Assembly: GCA_034667725.1 (NCBI GenBank)
Contig: JAXDQS010000001.1
Coordinates: 109,593 to 173,592, forward strand
Length of the DNA: 64,000 nt
Source: Thermoplasmata archaeon
GTDB lineage: Archaea > Thermoplasmatota > E2 > JACPAO01 > JAHFTW01
Reading direction: 5' to 3'
Shown here piece by piece: positions 45,509-55,084 of the stretch; position 1 is the stretch's first letter, and every line of letters starts with the position of its first letter. The notes below the pieces were generated by a model. It was not told the DNA's origin, searched no databases, and was given only the letters and a program-made list of their open reading frames with translations. Made by a program: the position numbers and the translations under genes.

Positions 45509-46648
45509 TCAGGCCAGGGCTTGCCGGACGTCGGCCACCAGGTCGTCCAGGTCCTCGATGCCGACCGAGATGCGCACCATCCCGTCCCGGACCCCTTCCC
45601 GCGCCCGCACCTCCGGCGGGTGGTAGGAGTGGCTGGTCTCCAAGGGCAGGCTCACGAGCGACTCGACGCCGCCGAAGCTGGCCGCCGGCGTCAGCAGGCG
45701 GACCTGGCGCCGGAACGCCTGGGCGCGGCCGACGGAGCCCAGGTCCAAGGTCACCATCCCCCCGAAGCCACCGGCCAGCACCTCGCAGGCCGTCAGGTGG
45801 TCCGGATGCGTGGCCAAGCCAGGGTAGTGGACCGTCTCGATGCCGGGCATCTCCAGGCAGGCGCGGGCGAGGCGGGCGGCGTTGGCGCAGTGCCGCTCCA
45901 TCCGGATGGGCAGGGTCTTCATGCCGCGGCCGAGGAGGTAGGCGGCGTGCGGGTCGAGGTGGGCGCCCAGGTTGCGGCGGACGCGCTTGAGGGAATCGGC
46001 CAACGGCGAGCCGTGGCCCCAGGCCAAGGAGCCGGCGATCAAATCGGTGTGGCCGCCGAGGTATTTGGTCGCGGAGTGCATCACCAGGTCGGCGCCCAGC
46101 GCGAGCGGCTTCTGCAGCAACGGGGTGGCGAAGGTGGCGTCCACGGCCAGCAGGGCGCCAGCGGCATGGGCGGCGTCGGCCCAGGCCCGCACGTCGGCCA
46201 CCCGCAGCGCGGGGTTGGTGATTGACTCCATCCAGACCAGCCTGGTGCCGGCGGGGACCTTGCACGGGCCGGCGGTCGGGAGGGCGTGGACCTTGACGCC
46301 GAAGCGCGCCATCTCGTCGCGCAGGAAGGCGGTGGTGCCGCCGTACACGCCGGACTGGACGGCCATGGTGTCGCCGGCCTGGAGGGTGGCGGCGACGGCG
46401 GCCTGGACCGCGCCCATGCCGGAGGCGAACAGCAGCGCCCCGTCGGCCCCTTCGAGGGCGGCCAGCTTGCGCTCGACCGCCTCCACGGACGGGTTGGTGT
46501 AGCGGCCGTAGATGTAGGGCGAGGCGCCGCCGCCGGGCAGCTCCGGGTACCAGAACGTGCTGGAGGTGGTGAGCGGGGTGGTGACGGCGCCCGTGCGGGG
46601 GTCGGGCTCGTCGCCGGCGTGCACCGCGGTCGTGCTGGGCCCAGGCAT
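45509..46648 (-). CDS. PLP-dependent cystathionine gamma-synthase/beta-lyase family enzyme (MetB/MetC-like). The start is more likely the internal Met at 46648 than 46735.
   Basis: TTAVHAG...DP.TGAV..P...SSTF, the PLP-Lys motif HSATKYLGGHTD, and D-A-T in LAVDATFATP. Confidence 0.8.
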   Translation of the reverse strand: MPGPSTTAVHAGDEPDPRTGAVTTPLTTSSTFWYPELPGGGASPYIYGRYTNPSVEAVERKLAALEGADGALLFASGMGAVQAAVAATLQAGDTMAVQSGVYGGTTAFLRDEMARFGVKVHALPTAGPCKVPAGTRLVWMESITNPALRVADVRAWADAAHAAGALLAVDATFATPLLQKPLALGADLVMHSATKYLGGHTDLIAGSLAWGHGSPLADSLKRVRRNLGAHLDPHAAYLLGRGMKTLPIRMERHCANAARLARACLEMPGIETVHYPGLATHPDHLTACEVLAGGFGGMVTLDLGSVGRAQAFRRQVRLLTPAASFGGVESLVSLPLETSHSYHPPEVRAREGVRDGMVRISVGIEDLDDLVADVRQALA

Positions 46649-46752
46649 GGGGGGCGGATGGACGGGGGCTTGATGGAGCCGCCGGAGGTTTCGGAGCACT
46701 TTCACCCACCCCTGGGCGTGGACGATATCCTTCAAGCGCCCATGCCGCGTCC

Positions 46753-47955
46753 GTGCAAGCGATGAGCCTGGTCGAGTCGGAGCTTGGGGGCCCGACGGTC
46801 TTCAAGGACCTCTCCAAGCTGGACTTCGACTACATCCCCGACGACCTGCCCGGCCGCGAGGAGGCCATCCGCTTCCTGGCCCGGACCTACAAGGGGCTCA
46901 CCCAAGGCGCCCAGCGCGAGCACGCCTTCCTCTGGGGGCCCGTCGGCACCGGCAAGACCGCCGTCGCCAAGCGCTTCGCCCGCGACTTCAAGGCCGCCCT
47001 CCAGAAGCAGGGCAAGGCGCTCGAGTTCGTCCACGTCAACTGCCGCAAGCGCAAGACCGACGGGCTTGCCATGCTGGGCATCCTGAACCATTTCGACCCC
47101 AACTACCCCGAGCGCGGCTTCGCGGTCGGCGAGATGCTGCGGGACCTGCGCAAGACCCTGGAGCGCAAGGGCGCCCACCTCATGGTCGTCCTGGACGAGG
47201 TGGACGCCCTGTTCCGCAGCGACGGCGGCAACCTGGTCTATGACCTGACGCGCTTCAACGACGAGACCGGCCCCTCCTGGGTCGGCGTCAGCCTCATCCT
47301 CATCAGCCAGGAGAACGTCCTCGGGCAGCTCGACCCCGCCGCCCTTTCGACCTTCAAGACCTCCAACGTGCTGCACATCCAGCCCTACGGCTCCCCCGAG
47401 CTGGAGCGCATCGTGGACCAGCGCGTCCGCCTCGCCTTCAACCCGGGCACGGTCGCCGAGGAGGTCGGGGCCCTGGTCGCCGACACCGCCGCCGCCCAAG
47501 GGGGCAACGCCCGCCTGGCCATCGAAATCCTCCAGAAGGCCGGCCAGAACGCCGACGACCACCGCCGCGACGAGGTGCTGGCCGAGGACGTCCGCACCGC
47601 CAAGGCCGACTCCTACTCCTACATCACGACGGCCAAGCTGACCGCGCTTCCCCGCCACCCCCTGCTGGTCCTGCTGGCGCTCGCCCGCCGCCTCCGGAAG
47701 GACGGCGCCTACAGCACCACGGGCAACGTCGAGAAGGCCTACGCCGTCGCGTGCGAGGAGTTCGGCGAGCAGCCCCGCGCCCACACCCAGTTCTGGAAGT
47801 ACCTCAACCAGCTCAAGGACGGCGGCTTCCTCGTGAGCCGCCTGTCGGGCAAGGGCCAGGCCGGCACCACCCAGCTCCTCTCGATTCCTGACGCGCCCGC
47901 CGAAGCCGTGGAAGGCAAGCTCGTCGAGCTGCTGCGCGCCATGCCCCTAGGCTGA
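46753..47955 (+). CDS. orc1: Orc1/Cdc6 replication initiator
   Basis: Walker A GPVGTGKT. Walker B/sensor VVLDEVD. C-terminal winged-helix. ~400 aa. Confidence 0.93.
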   Translation: MQAMSLVESELGGPTVFKDLSKLDFDYIPDDLPGREEAIRFLARTYKGLTQGAQREHAFLWGPVGTGKTAVAKRFARDFKAALQKQGKALEFVHVNCRKRKTDGLAMLGILNHFDPNYPERGFAVGEMLRDLRKTLERKGAHLMVVLDEVDALFRSDGGNLVYDLTRFNDETGPSWVGVSLILISQENVLGQLDPAALSTFKTSNVLHIQPYGSPELERIVDQRVRLAFNPGTVAEEVGALVADTAAAQGGNARLAIEILQKAGQNADDHRRDEVLAEDVRTAKADSYSYITTAKLTALPRHPLLVLLALARRLRKDGAYSTTGNVEKAYAVACEEFGEQPRAHTQFWKYLNQLKDGGFLVSRLSGKGQAGTTQLLSIPDAPAEAVEGKLVELLRAMPLG

Positions 47956-48072
47956 ACCCCCAGGCACGTCCAAGGCCATGCGCCGCGTGCCGCGCTTTCC
48001 ACGGACCCGCACGGGTCGGCAGCAGCGGTCCGAAGGTCACAACGTTCTAACCCCGAACGCAGATGTTCATGT

Positions 48073-48762
48073 ATGCACGAGCAGCAGCTGGAGCGGACGG
48101 AGGAGCGCGAGGCCATGCTCGCCGAGCTGGAGTCGGGCGGCTACCTCACGGACCCGCGCCTGGAGGAGGCCATGCTGGCCGTCCCCCGCCACCTGTTCGT
48201 GCCCAAGGAGCTGCGCGAGGCCGCCTACGAGGACCGTCCGCTGCCCATCGGCTTCGGCCAGACCGTCTCGGCGCCGCACATGGTGGCCATGATGACCAAC
48301 GCCCTGCAGCTCGAGCCCGGCCAGAAGGTGCTGGAGGTCGGCACCGGCGTCGGCTACCACGCCGCCGTCGTCAAGGGCGTCGTCGGCGACAAGGGCCGCG
48401 TCGACTCCATCGAGTTCCTGCCCGAGCTGGTGGAGCTGGCCCGCAAGAACCTCAAGGCCGCCAAGATCAAGGTCACGGTCCACGAGGGCGACGGCGCCAA
48501 CGGCCTCCCCGACGGTGCCCCCTTCGACGCCATCTACGTCACGTGCGCGATTCCGGACGTCCCCCAGACGCTTGTGTCCCAGCTCAAGGACGGCGGCCAC
48601 TTCGTGGCGCCCATCGGCATCACCCGCTGCCAGCTCATGGCGGGCCGCAAGGAAGGCGCCACCCTGACGCTGGAGGACCTGGGGCCGTGCCTGTTCGTCA
48701 ACGCGCAAGGCGCGCTGGGCCAGGTCGGGGCTGGCGGCGACGCCGCTCCCGCCGAATCTTGA
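48073..48762 (+). CDS. pcm: Protein-L-isoaspartate O-methyltransferase
   Basis: SAM-binding VLEVGTGVGYHAAV. Conserved PIMT blocks ...QTVSAPHMVA... and ...DAIYVTCA.... Confidence 0.88.
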   Translation: MHEQQLERTEEREAMLAELESGGYLTDPRLEEAMLAVPRHLFVPKELREAAYEDRPLPIGFGQTVSAPHMVAMMTNALQLEPGQKVLEVGTGVGYHAAVVKGVVGDKGRVDSIEFLPELVELARKNLKAAKIKVTVHEGDGANGLPDGAPFDAIYVTCAIPDVPQTLVSQLKDGGHFVAPIGITRCQLMAGRKEGATLTLEDLGPCLFVNAQGALGQVGAGGDAAPAES

Positions 48763-48804
48763 GCCCAGCCCAAGGTTGAAGCGCCTCCCTCCTGTCGCCG
48801 CCGC

Positions 48805-51801
48805 GTGGCCCTGCTGAACCTCTCCAACACCCATGCGTTCTGGCAGGGGCGCGAGCCGGAGCCGCTGGCCGACCTCCACAAGCCGTCGTTCCTGGCGTTC
48901 CCGCGCGACCCGAACGAGCCCATCCACAAGGCGCACGAGCGGCTGCTGGCCTTGGTCGAGGGCGCCCGCGGCGAGGACCCGGAGCGGACGGCGCTCGCCA
49001 AGGCCCACAGCGTGCTGGAGCCGATCCGCTACAAGTCGTTCTGGAACCACGGCCAGTCGCGCGACGCCATCCCGGTGGCGGCCAAGCGCAGCTTCTGGGT
49101 GCCCGACATCTCGGACGAGCTGTTCTTCCGGCACGGGTTCTACACCTGCGAGCACGACATCCCCTACACCGAGCGCGCCGCCGCCGACCTGGCCGCCGAG
49201 AAGGACTGGTGGCTGCTGGACTCCCACGGCCTGCCCAACAAGCTGTCGGTGCTGACCTACGACATCGAGACGACGCAGTACGGCAAGAACGGCAACCGCC
49301 CCGGCGCGTCGGTGCCCATCGACGTCATCGGCTACGCGGACTTCCCGGTCGAGTACGCCGCCCACAAGGACCTGGTGAACGAGCAGTTCGACTTCGAGTT
49401 CCGCCACCTGCCCGCCGACTGGGCCCAGCGCGAGGTCACGCAGCTCGTGGCGCACACGCCGGACCAGGAGATCGACAACCTGCAGCAGTTCACCGAGATG
49501 GCGGTGCGGCACGACATCGTCGCCGGCCACAACATCCTCGGCTTCGACAACAAGCAGATCCACGACCGCATCGTCGAGATCCTGCGCGCCGACCAGCGCA
49601 AGGGCACGCTGTCGCCCCGCACCCGCGAGTGGTTCCAGCGCTTCACCAACGTCTACTCGCGGCCCGACCGCAGCTTCCACTTCGGCACCCAGCAGGATAT
49701 CGCCGTCTGGCACCCGCTCACGCTCGACACGTTCCACGCTGCGCGCAAGTTCTACTTCTACCACGACGACTTCACCCTCAAAGGCCTGGCGCCGTGGCTC
49801 GGCATCGACGTGCCCGACCGTGTCCACATGGACGCGCACGACATGGCCCTCGACGCCAAGACCCTGCTCTACAACAAGCACGACGTCCAGGAGCAGATCG
49901 GCATCACCCAGATGCTCATCGCGCAGGCGCTGCCGCTGTGCTTCAACGTCAACCTCGCCCTCGACGACCTGCTCACGAGCGGCACCACCAAGATGTGGGA
50001 CCATATGGCGTTCCTGCGCGCCCGCCGCGAGCGCCGCTTCATGCCCGCCACCTGCCGCGCGCAGGCGGTCGCGCGCGCCGTGCAGCGCGTGCTGCCGCAC
50101 CGGCCGTTCCCGACCCGCGAGGAGGTCGCGGCCGCGTGCCTAGAGCTGCCGCCGGAGGAGCGCGCCACCTCGCAGAACAAGGAGTTCGTGCGCGTGGCCA
50201 AGCAGGGGCCCGAGATGCCGTTCTGGTGCGAGCATCCGGGTGTCATCGCGCGCAGCCAAGACAACGAGTCGGGCGACCCCGACGATCCGAACGGCTACGC
50301 CATCCCCGGCGGCATGACCCTCAAGCCGGACACGGAGCTGAAGTCCCACTTCGTGCCGTGGTTCCACGTCGTGGCGGCGGACGTCGGCGCCATGTACCCG
50401 ACCATCCTCAAGGCACGGAACCTGACGGCGGACACCGTCCAGCCCGCCAAGGCCGGCGAGACGCCCGACGACTGGATCTGGCTGTTCGAGCTGGACCCTG
50501 CCTTCGCCAACTCGGGCAAGTACCTCGTCAAGAAGGCCGACCCCGCCGACCGCTTCACCAAGGGCAAGGGCTGGCTCATCGGCGTCAAGCACTCCAAGGA
50601 CCCTGGCATGGTCAACCTCGCCATGACGGGCATCCTCAGCACCATCCAGAAGGTCAAGTCGGCCCGCGCCCGCGCCAAGAAGGAAGGCCGCCCCAAGGAC
50701 GAGATCCGCATCCACGACATGACCTACCAGAGCCTCAAGGCCGCCCGCAACGCCGGCACCCACGGCATCCTGGTCGCCGTCAACGTCAGCTGCCGCCAGT
50801 TCAACGTCTGGGGCGGCGCCAACATCACCACCATCGGCCAGCGCATCCTGCACGACACCTTGGTCGACTGGGAGTCGCAAGGCATCCGCGTCGTCTACGG
50901 CGACACCGACGGCATCTACATGGGCTGCAGCAAGTCGGCGGGCAACCTGCCGCACTTCGCCGCGGCGCTGGGCGCGGACGTGGAGCCCGAGGCGGACAAA
51001 TGGATCACCATGCCCCAGACCGCCCTCGACGCCGTGGCCGCCGCCAACCGCAAGTGGCGCGACGAGCTGCAGTACGAAGGCTTCGAGCTGGAGGCCGAGA
51101 CGCACGACGCCATGGTGTTCATCGTCCACAAGAACTACCTCATCTTCGACGCCAAGGCCGACGGCGCCAGCATCGGCATGGAGACCAAGGGCAACAACTT
51201 CAAGGGCAGCGACAAGGCCCCGCTCGCCCAGATCCTGCTCAAGGACATCATGGCCAAGGCGCTCCGGGACGTGGCGTCGTGGAGCAGCGAGGACAAGGCC
51301 CGCGAAGCGATGAAGACCGCGATCAAGAAGGCCACCCGCGAGGTCATGCAGGCCGTCCAAGTCGCCAAGACCGACTGGAACGACCTCATCCTGCGCCAAT
51401 CGGTGTCGAGCGTCAAGTCCTACGAAGCCAACCCCGACGGCACCCTCCGGAGCCAAGCCGTCCGCACCGCAGCACTCGAAGACCTGCTGGGCGAGCACAT
51501 CACCGCCACCCGGAAGTTCAAGTTCATCGTCTGCCGCGAGCCGCTGCCGCTCTACAAGGACCCCGCCAGCCAAGAACGCAAGCGGCTGGAGCTCGCCCGC
51601 GGCGGCCACCAACTCATCGTCAAGGAGCCCAAGAACCGCGGCCTCAAGCCCATCGAATACATGTGGCCCGTCGAGAAGGTCACGCCCGCCATGGTCGACT
51701 GGGCCTGGTACAAGTCGATGGTCGAGGACTACGTCAAAGGCGCCTTCGGGCTGGAGTCGCTGGACCTCGTCGTGCAGCGGGACCTGAGCAGCTGGTTCTA
51801 G
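48805..51801 (+). CDS. polB: Family B DNA polymerase (GTG start), divergent
   Basis: Exo I LTYDIETT. Exo II HNILGFD. Pol motif A DVGAMYPTI. Motif C YGDTDGIY. KxY-like KGNNFKG. 998 aa. No intein signatures. Confidence 0.88.
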   Translation: MALLNLSNTHAFWQGREPEPLADLHKPSFLAFPRDPNEPIHKAHERLLALVEGARGEDPERTALAKAHSVLEPIRYKSFWNHGQSRDAIPVAAKRSFWVPDISDELFFRHGFYTCEHDIPYTERAAADLAAEKDWWLLDSHGLPNKLSVLTYDIETTQYGKNGNRPGASVPIDVIGYADFPVEYAAHKDLVNEQFDFEFRHLPADWAQREVTQLVAHTPDQEIDNLQQFTEMAVRHDIVAGHNILGFDNKQIHDRIVEILRADQRKGTLSPRTREWFQRFTNVYSRPDRSFHFGTQQDIAVWHPLTLDTFHAARKFYFYHDDFTLKGLAPWLGIDVPDRVHMDAHDMALDAKTLLYNKHDVQEQIGITQMLIAQALPLCFNVNLALDDLLTSGTTKMWDHMAFLRARRERRFMPATCRAQAVARAVQRVLPHRPFPTREEVAAACLELPPEERATSQNKEFVRVAKQGPEMPFWCEHPGVIARSQDNESGDPDDPNGYAIPGGMTLKPDTELKSHFVPWFHVVAADVGAMYPTILKARNLTADTVQPAKAGETPDDWIWLFELDPAFANSGKYLVKKADPADRFTKGKGWLIGVKHSKDPGMVNLAMTGILSTIQKVKSARARAKKEGRPKDEIRIHDMTYQSLKAARNAGTHGILVAVNVSCRQFNVWGGANITTIGQRILHDTLVDWESQGIRVVYGDTDGIYMGCSKSAGNLPHFAAALGADVEPEADKWITMPQTALDAVAAANRKWRDELQYEGFELEAETHDAMVFIVHKNYLIFDAKADGASIGMETKGNNFKGSDKAPLAQILLKDIMAKALRDVASWSSEDKAREAMKTAIKKATREVMQAVQVAKTDWNDLILRQSVSSVKSYEANPDGTLRSQAVRTAALEDLLGEHITATRKFKFIVCREPLPLYKDPASQERKRLELARGGHQLIVKEPKNRGLKPIEYMWPVEKVTPAMVDWAWYKSMVEDYVKGAFGLESLDLVVQRDLSSWF

Positions 51802-51805
51802 GCTT

Positions 51806-52246
51806 ATGACCCGGCCGCGGCATCCAGCGCCGATGCGCGCCCTCCTCGCCATCCTCACGCTTGCCTTGGCCGCCACCGCCAGCCTGCCCTCCACCCACGC
51901 CGTCCAGGACCCCGCCGTGTGCATCCCGCCCGGCACCCTCAACCAAGCCTGCGTCGGCATCGTCAACGGCGAGCCGTGCGCCTGGCCCAACGGCGCCTCC
52001 CCGTTCGGCCGAATCTGCGTCAGCCCCTCCGAGGCCCTCCCCGCCGCCATCTGCGTCCCGCCCGCCAGCCTCAACGGCGCCTGCGTCGGCATCGTCGGCG
52101 ACGCCGCCTGCGCCTGGGTGTACGGCGGCCCCGCCTACCACTACGCCTGCGTCCACGCCGACGGCCGCATCGAGGCCTGCTCCACCAACCTGTTCGCGGC
52201 CCTCTACGGCGACGGCTTCCACTGCCTCGGCGACCCGATGCCCTGA
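51806..52246 (+). CDS. Small secreted Cys-rich protein with an internal duplication. The start is possibly at 51833 (MRALL...).
   Basis: Signal peptide MRALLAILTLALAATASLPSTHA. Two ~40-aa repeats, C(I/V)PP..LN.ACVGIV....CAW. 16 Cys in total. Confidence 0.5.
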   Translation: MTRPRHPAPMRALLAILTLALAATASLPSTHAVQDPAVCIPPGTLNQACVGIVNGEPCAWPNGASPFGRICVSPSEALPAAICVPPASLNGACVGIVGDAACAWVYGGPAYHYACVHADGRIEACSTNLFAALYGDGFHCLGDPMP

Positions 52247-52290
52247 GAGCGTTCCGGAACCTTCATCCTCGCCACCCCAAGTTTCCCGGC

Positions 52291-52584
52291 ATGGCCTACT
52301 CCTGGCCCTCCTGGGTCTCCATCAGCCTCGGCGCGGTCCTCCTGGCCATCGGCGTCGCCTTGGGCTACAGCCACCCCGAGCACGCCCTGGTTGGCCCCAT
52401 GGCCGTCGCCGGCGCCGTCCTCTTGGGCCTCGGCCTGCACGCCCTCCAAGCCAGCTACGACGCCTGGTGCGCCGACTGCTGGGACGACTGCGGCTGCGAC
52501 CACTGCGGCGACTGCGCCGAAGGCGACTGCTGCGGAGCGTGCGCCTGCGCCGAGCCCGCCACCCCGAACGGCCACAGCCACTAG
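52291..52584 (+). CDS. Small 2-TM membrane protein with a C-terminal Cys-cluster tail
   Basis: 97 aa. Two TM helices, then CADCWDDCGCDHCGDCAEGDCCGACACAEP (13 Cys, His, Asp). A metallothionein-like metal-binding tail. Confidence 0.45.
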   Translation: MAYSWPSWVSISLGAVLLAIGVALGYSHPEHALVGPMAVAGAVLLGLGLHALQASYDAWCADCWDDCGCDHCGDCAEGDCCGACACAEPATPNGHSH

Positions 52585-52629
52585 CCCTGCGACGGACTTA
52601 TCTACGATCCTCAAGTCGCCGGCGACAGC

Positions 52630-52702
52630 GGGCCCCTAGCTTAGACTGGTAGAGCACCCGGCTGATAACCGGGAGGTCGGGCGTTCGAATCGCCCGGGGC
52701 CC
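52630..52702 (+). tRNA. tRNA-Ile (anticodon GAT)
   Basis: Cloverleaf: acceptor GGGCCCC/GGGGCCC, anticodon stem CCCGG/CCGGG, loop CTGATAA, T-loop TTCGAAT, discriminator A. No encoded CCA. Confidence 0.85.
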
Positions 52703-52745
52703 ACTCCCAACCCTTTTGCCGCAGCGCAGGGTCGGGCCACACAAC

Positions 52746-52818
52746 GGGCGAGTAGATCAGCTGGTAGATCGCTGCCTTCGCAAGGCAGAGGCCGGGGGTT
52801 CAAATCCCTCCTCGTCCA
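52746..52818 (+). tRNA. tRNA-Ala (anticodon CGC) with the G3:U70 identity pair
   Basis: Acceptor GGGCGAG/CTCGTCC gives G3:U70. Anticodon stem CTGCC/GGCAG, loop TTCGCAA. T-loop TTCAAAT. Discriminator A. Confidence 0.85.
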
Positions 52819-52868
52819 TCCGTTTGGCTTCGCTTCCAGCGAAATCCACGAAGCCCACCCGCTTTTGA

Positions 52869-55022
52869 TCAGGGTCCGGCCTGGGCAGGCGCCGTTGCCT
52901 TTGGCAGGGTGAAGGCGGCCGTCACGCCCTTGCCCTTTCCGGCGCTGGTGAGCGTCAGCTTCCCGCCGTGCGCGTCCACGATGGCCTTGCTGAGGTAGAG
53001 CCCGAGGCCGGTGCCCTTGGATTCCTCTGCGACTCCTTGGACTTGCGAGAACGGGCGGAACAGGCGTGCGATCTGCTCGGGCGTCAGGCCCAAGCCTTCG
53101 TCCTGGACGTAGATCTCGACGTGCTCGGGGCTTTCCCGCGCCCCGAGGCGGATGGTGCTGCCTGCGGGGGCGTAGCGGACGGCGTTGCTGACGAGGTTGG
53201 TGATGACTTGCAGGATGCGCCGTTCGTCGCCGAACGCCTCTAGGCGCCCCTCAAGCTGGGACCCGAGCTTCAGCCTCCGTTGCTGGGCTTGCGCCTCGAA
53301 CGTCTCGACGGCGTCCTGGAGAAGCCTGCCCACCTCGATCTTGCCGGGCTTGATGGTCATGCGGCCGGCCTCCACGCGCGCCAGGTCCAGGAAGTCGTCC
53401 AGCATCGTCGTCAAGCGCTTGACGTTCCGTTGCATGATGGCCATGGAGCGGTTGCGCTCCTCCTCGGACATGGGGACCGTCGTCATCATGTGGATTTGCA
53501 GGCTCAATGCGCTAAGGGGGGTCTTGATGTCATGCGTGGCCATGTTGAGCAGGTCGGTCTTGAACTGGCTGGCCAGCAGGGCTTTGCGCTTCTCGCGGAC
53601 ATGAGACTCCAGAAGACGGCCCCGTTGCAGGCCGGCGCCCATGCGGTCGGCCACAAGCTGCAGCAGCTCCAAGTCCTTCACGGCGAAGCGGTCCCTGCTG
53701 CGCGCGCCGCAAACGAGGACCCCCTGCACCTTGTCCTGGATGCGCAGGGGCACCGCGACCAAGGACTGGATGCCTTCCTCGGCAAGGCCAATGCGGAAGA
53801 TGTCGTCCGGCTGGACGTCGCTGACCAGCACCGGCTCGCCCGTCTCGACGATCTTGCGGATGCTTCCGCTGACGGACACGGGCCGAACGCCCAGGGAGGT
53901 CGCAAACCCCAGGCTGGCGCGCGGCCACAATTGGTCGCCTTCGTCGTCCATCAGGAGGATCGCCGCGACGTCGCTGGCCAGCAAGGTGCGCGTTCCCTCA
54001 AGGAGCAGGGCCAGGCGCTCATCCATCGGCAAGGCTCCCAAGGCCGCGTCGCGCATGGCCTCGTAGTCGCCGACGGTGGTCGCCGCCTTGGTCTGCTGCT
54101 CCACGTGGGCTTGGGCCAAGTTGACCATCGCTTCCGCATCGCCCTCCTTCGCGGCCTTGCGGAGCGCCACCGCCAAGGCCTGTTCTTCGTCGATGATGGG
54201 CTGGACCAGCCGGCGCCGCGTGCTGCCGGACTCCGTCTTGTCCAAGGGGGCGACGCGTGCCCGCTCGACGGCCATGCCGACCTGTTCTGCGACGACCTCG
54301 AGCAGGCGCTTCTCCTGCTCGTCAAAGCCGCGGCGGGTCGCCCAGCCGACCTCAAGCACGCCAAGGGGCTTGTCGCCCGCAAGGATGGGGACGGTCACAA
54401 GCCGCTGGATTCCCCGGCTCAGCAGCAATGGGTTCGCGACGGTCTTCTCATTGACGTCGTCCACCGTCTGGGTCTCACGGGTCGCAAGGGCCACTCCGGC
54501 CACGCCTTCGCCCATGGGAATCCGGATTCCAGCCGTGACGGCGTCCTCAAGGCCGCTGGAGGCCCGGGCGAAGAGCTGGCGGCCGTCGGCCTCAAGCAGG
54601 AACACGGTGGCCGCGTCGGCGTCCAGCATCGTTCGGATGCGGCCGAGGATCTCGGGGAAGAACAGGTCGGGGTCCAGGTTCCTGAGCGCTGCGTCCAGGA
54701 TTTGCTCGTAGTGGCTGATGGTGACGGCCCGATGGACCTGCTCCTCGGCGTGCGCCACGGCCTCCTCGGCGACCTCGGTGGGCCCCTTCTCCGCCGCGCG
54801 CACCGCCTTCTGCAAGTGCTCTTTTTCCTCCGAGATGAGCTCATCGACGTGCGGGTCGACGTGCTCGCCGGCCGGCTTGCTTCCGTCGAGTGGCGGGTCC
54901 GCAGGCTTCGACGCTGGGGCCGCGCCCGGTTCAGGGGCGACCCAGCCCGATGGAGGGCGGCCTGATCTTTTGCGATGTCGGTCCTTGGAGGTCGCCGGTG
55001 CGGCGGCACGGTCGCGCGCCAT
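52869..55022 (-). CDS. Sensor histidine kinase with tandem GAF domains (cytoplasmic)
   Basis: H-box ATHDIKTPLSAL. HATPase_c N/G boxes (LVSNAVRYAP, DEGLGL, GTGLGLYLSKAIV). Two GAF-like regions upstream. The N-terminal half of ORF 52869..56741 is an artefact. Confidence 0.8.
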   Translation of the reverse strand: MARDRAAAPATSKDRHRKRSGRPPSGWVAPEPGAAPASKPADPPLDGSKPAGEHVDPHVDELISEEKEHLQKAVRAAEKGPTEVAEEAVAHAEEQVHRAVTISHYEQILDAALRNLDPDLFFPEILGRIRTMLDADAATVFLLEADGRQLFARASSGLEDAVTAGIRIPMGEGVAGVALATRETQTVDDVNEKTVANPLLLSRGIQRLVTVPILAGDKPLGVLEVGWATRRGFDEQEKRLLEVVAEQVGMAVERARVAPLDKTESGSTRRRLVQPIIDEEQALAVALRKAAKEGDAEAMVNLAQAHVEQQTKAATTVGDYEAMRDAALGALPMDERLALLLEGTRTLLASDVAAILLMDDEGDQLWPRASLGFATSLGVRPVSVSGSIRKIVETGEPVLVSDVQPDDIFRIGLAEEGIQSLVAVPLRIQDKVQGVLVCGARSRDRFAVKDLELLQLVADRMGAGLQRGRLLESHVREKRKALLASQFKTDLLNMATHDIKTPLSALSLQIHMMTTVPMSEEERNRSMAIMQRNVKRLTTMLDDFLDLARVEAGRMTIKPGKIEVGRLLQDAVETFEAQAQQRRLKLGSQLEGRLEAFGDERRILQVITNLVSNAVRYAPAGSTIRLGARESPEHVEIYVQDEGLGLTPEQIARLFRPFSQVQGVAEESKGTGLGLYLSKAIVDAHGGKLTLTSAGKGKGVTAAFTLPKATAPAQAGP

Positions 55023-55084
55023 GTCGCTCCCAGAACGCGGGAGAAAGGATGAGGCAGGCCCATGGGGGCAAATCGCGCCACCCT

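Noticed and set aside
46649-46752. Replication origin (ORB repeats / AT-rich DUE) next to orc1
   Set aside because: The 104-nt spacer between the MetB-like gene and orc1 is GC-rich with no repeated ORB-like boxes or unwinding element. The orc1-pcm-polB spacers are likewise short. No origin can be supported in this window.
52630-52818. rRNA operon fragment (the Ile-Ala tRNA pair as an ITS)
   Set aside because: No 16S 3' end or 23S 5' sequence flanks the tRNAs. Protein-coding genes abut on both sides.
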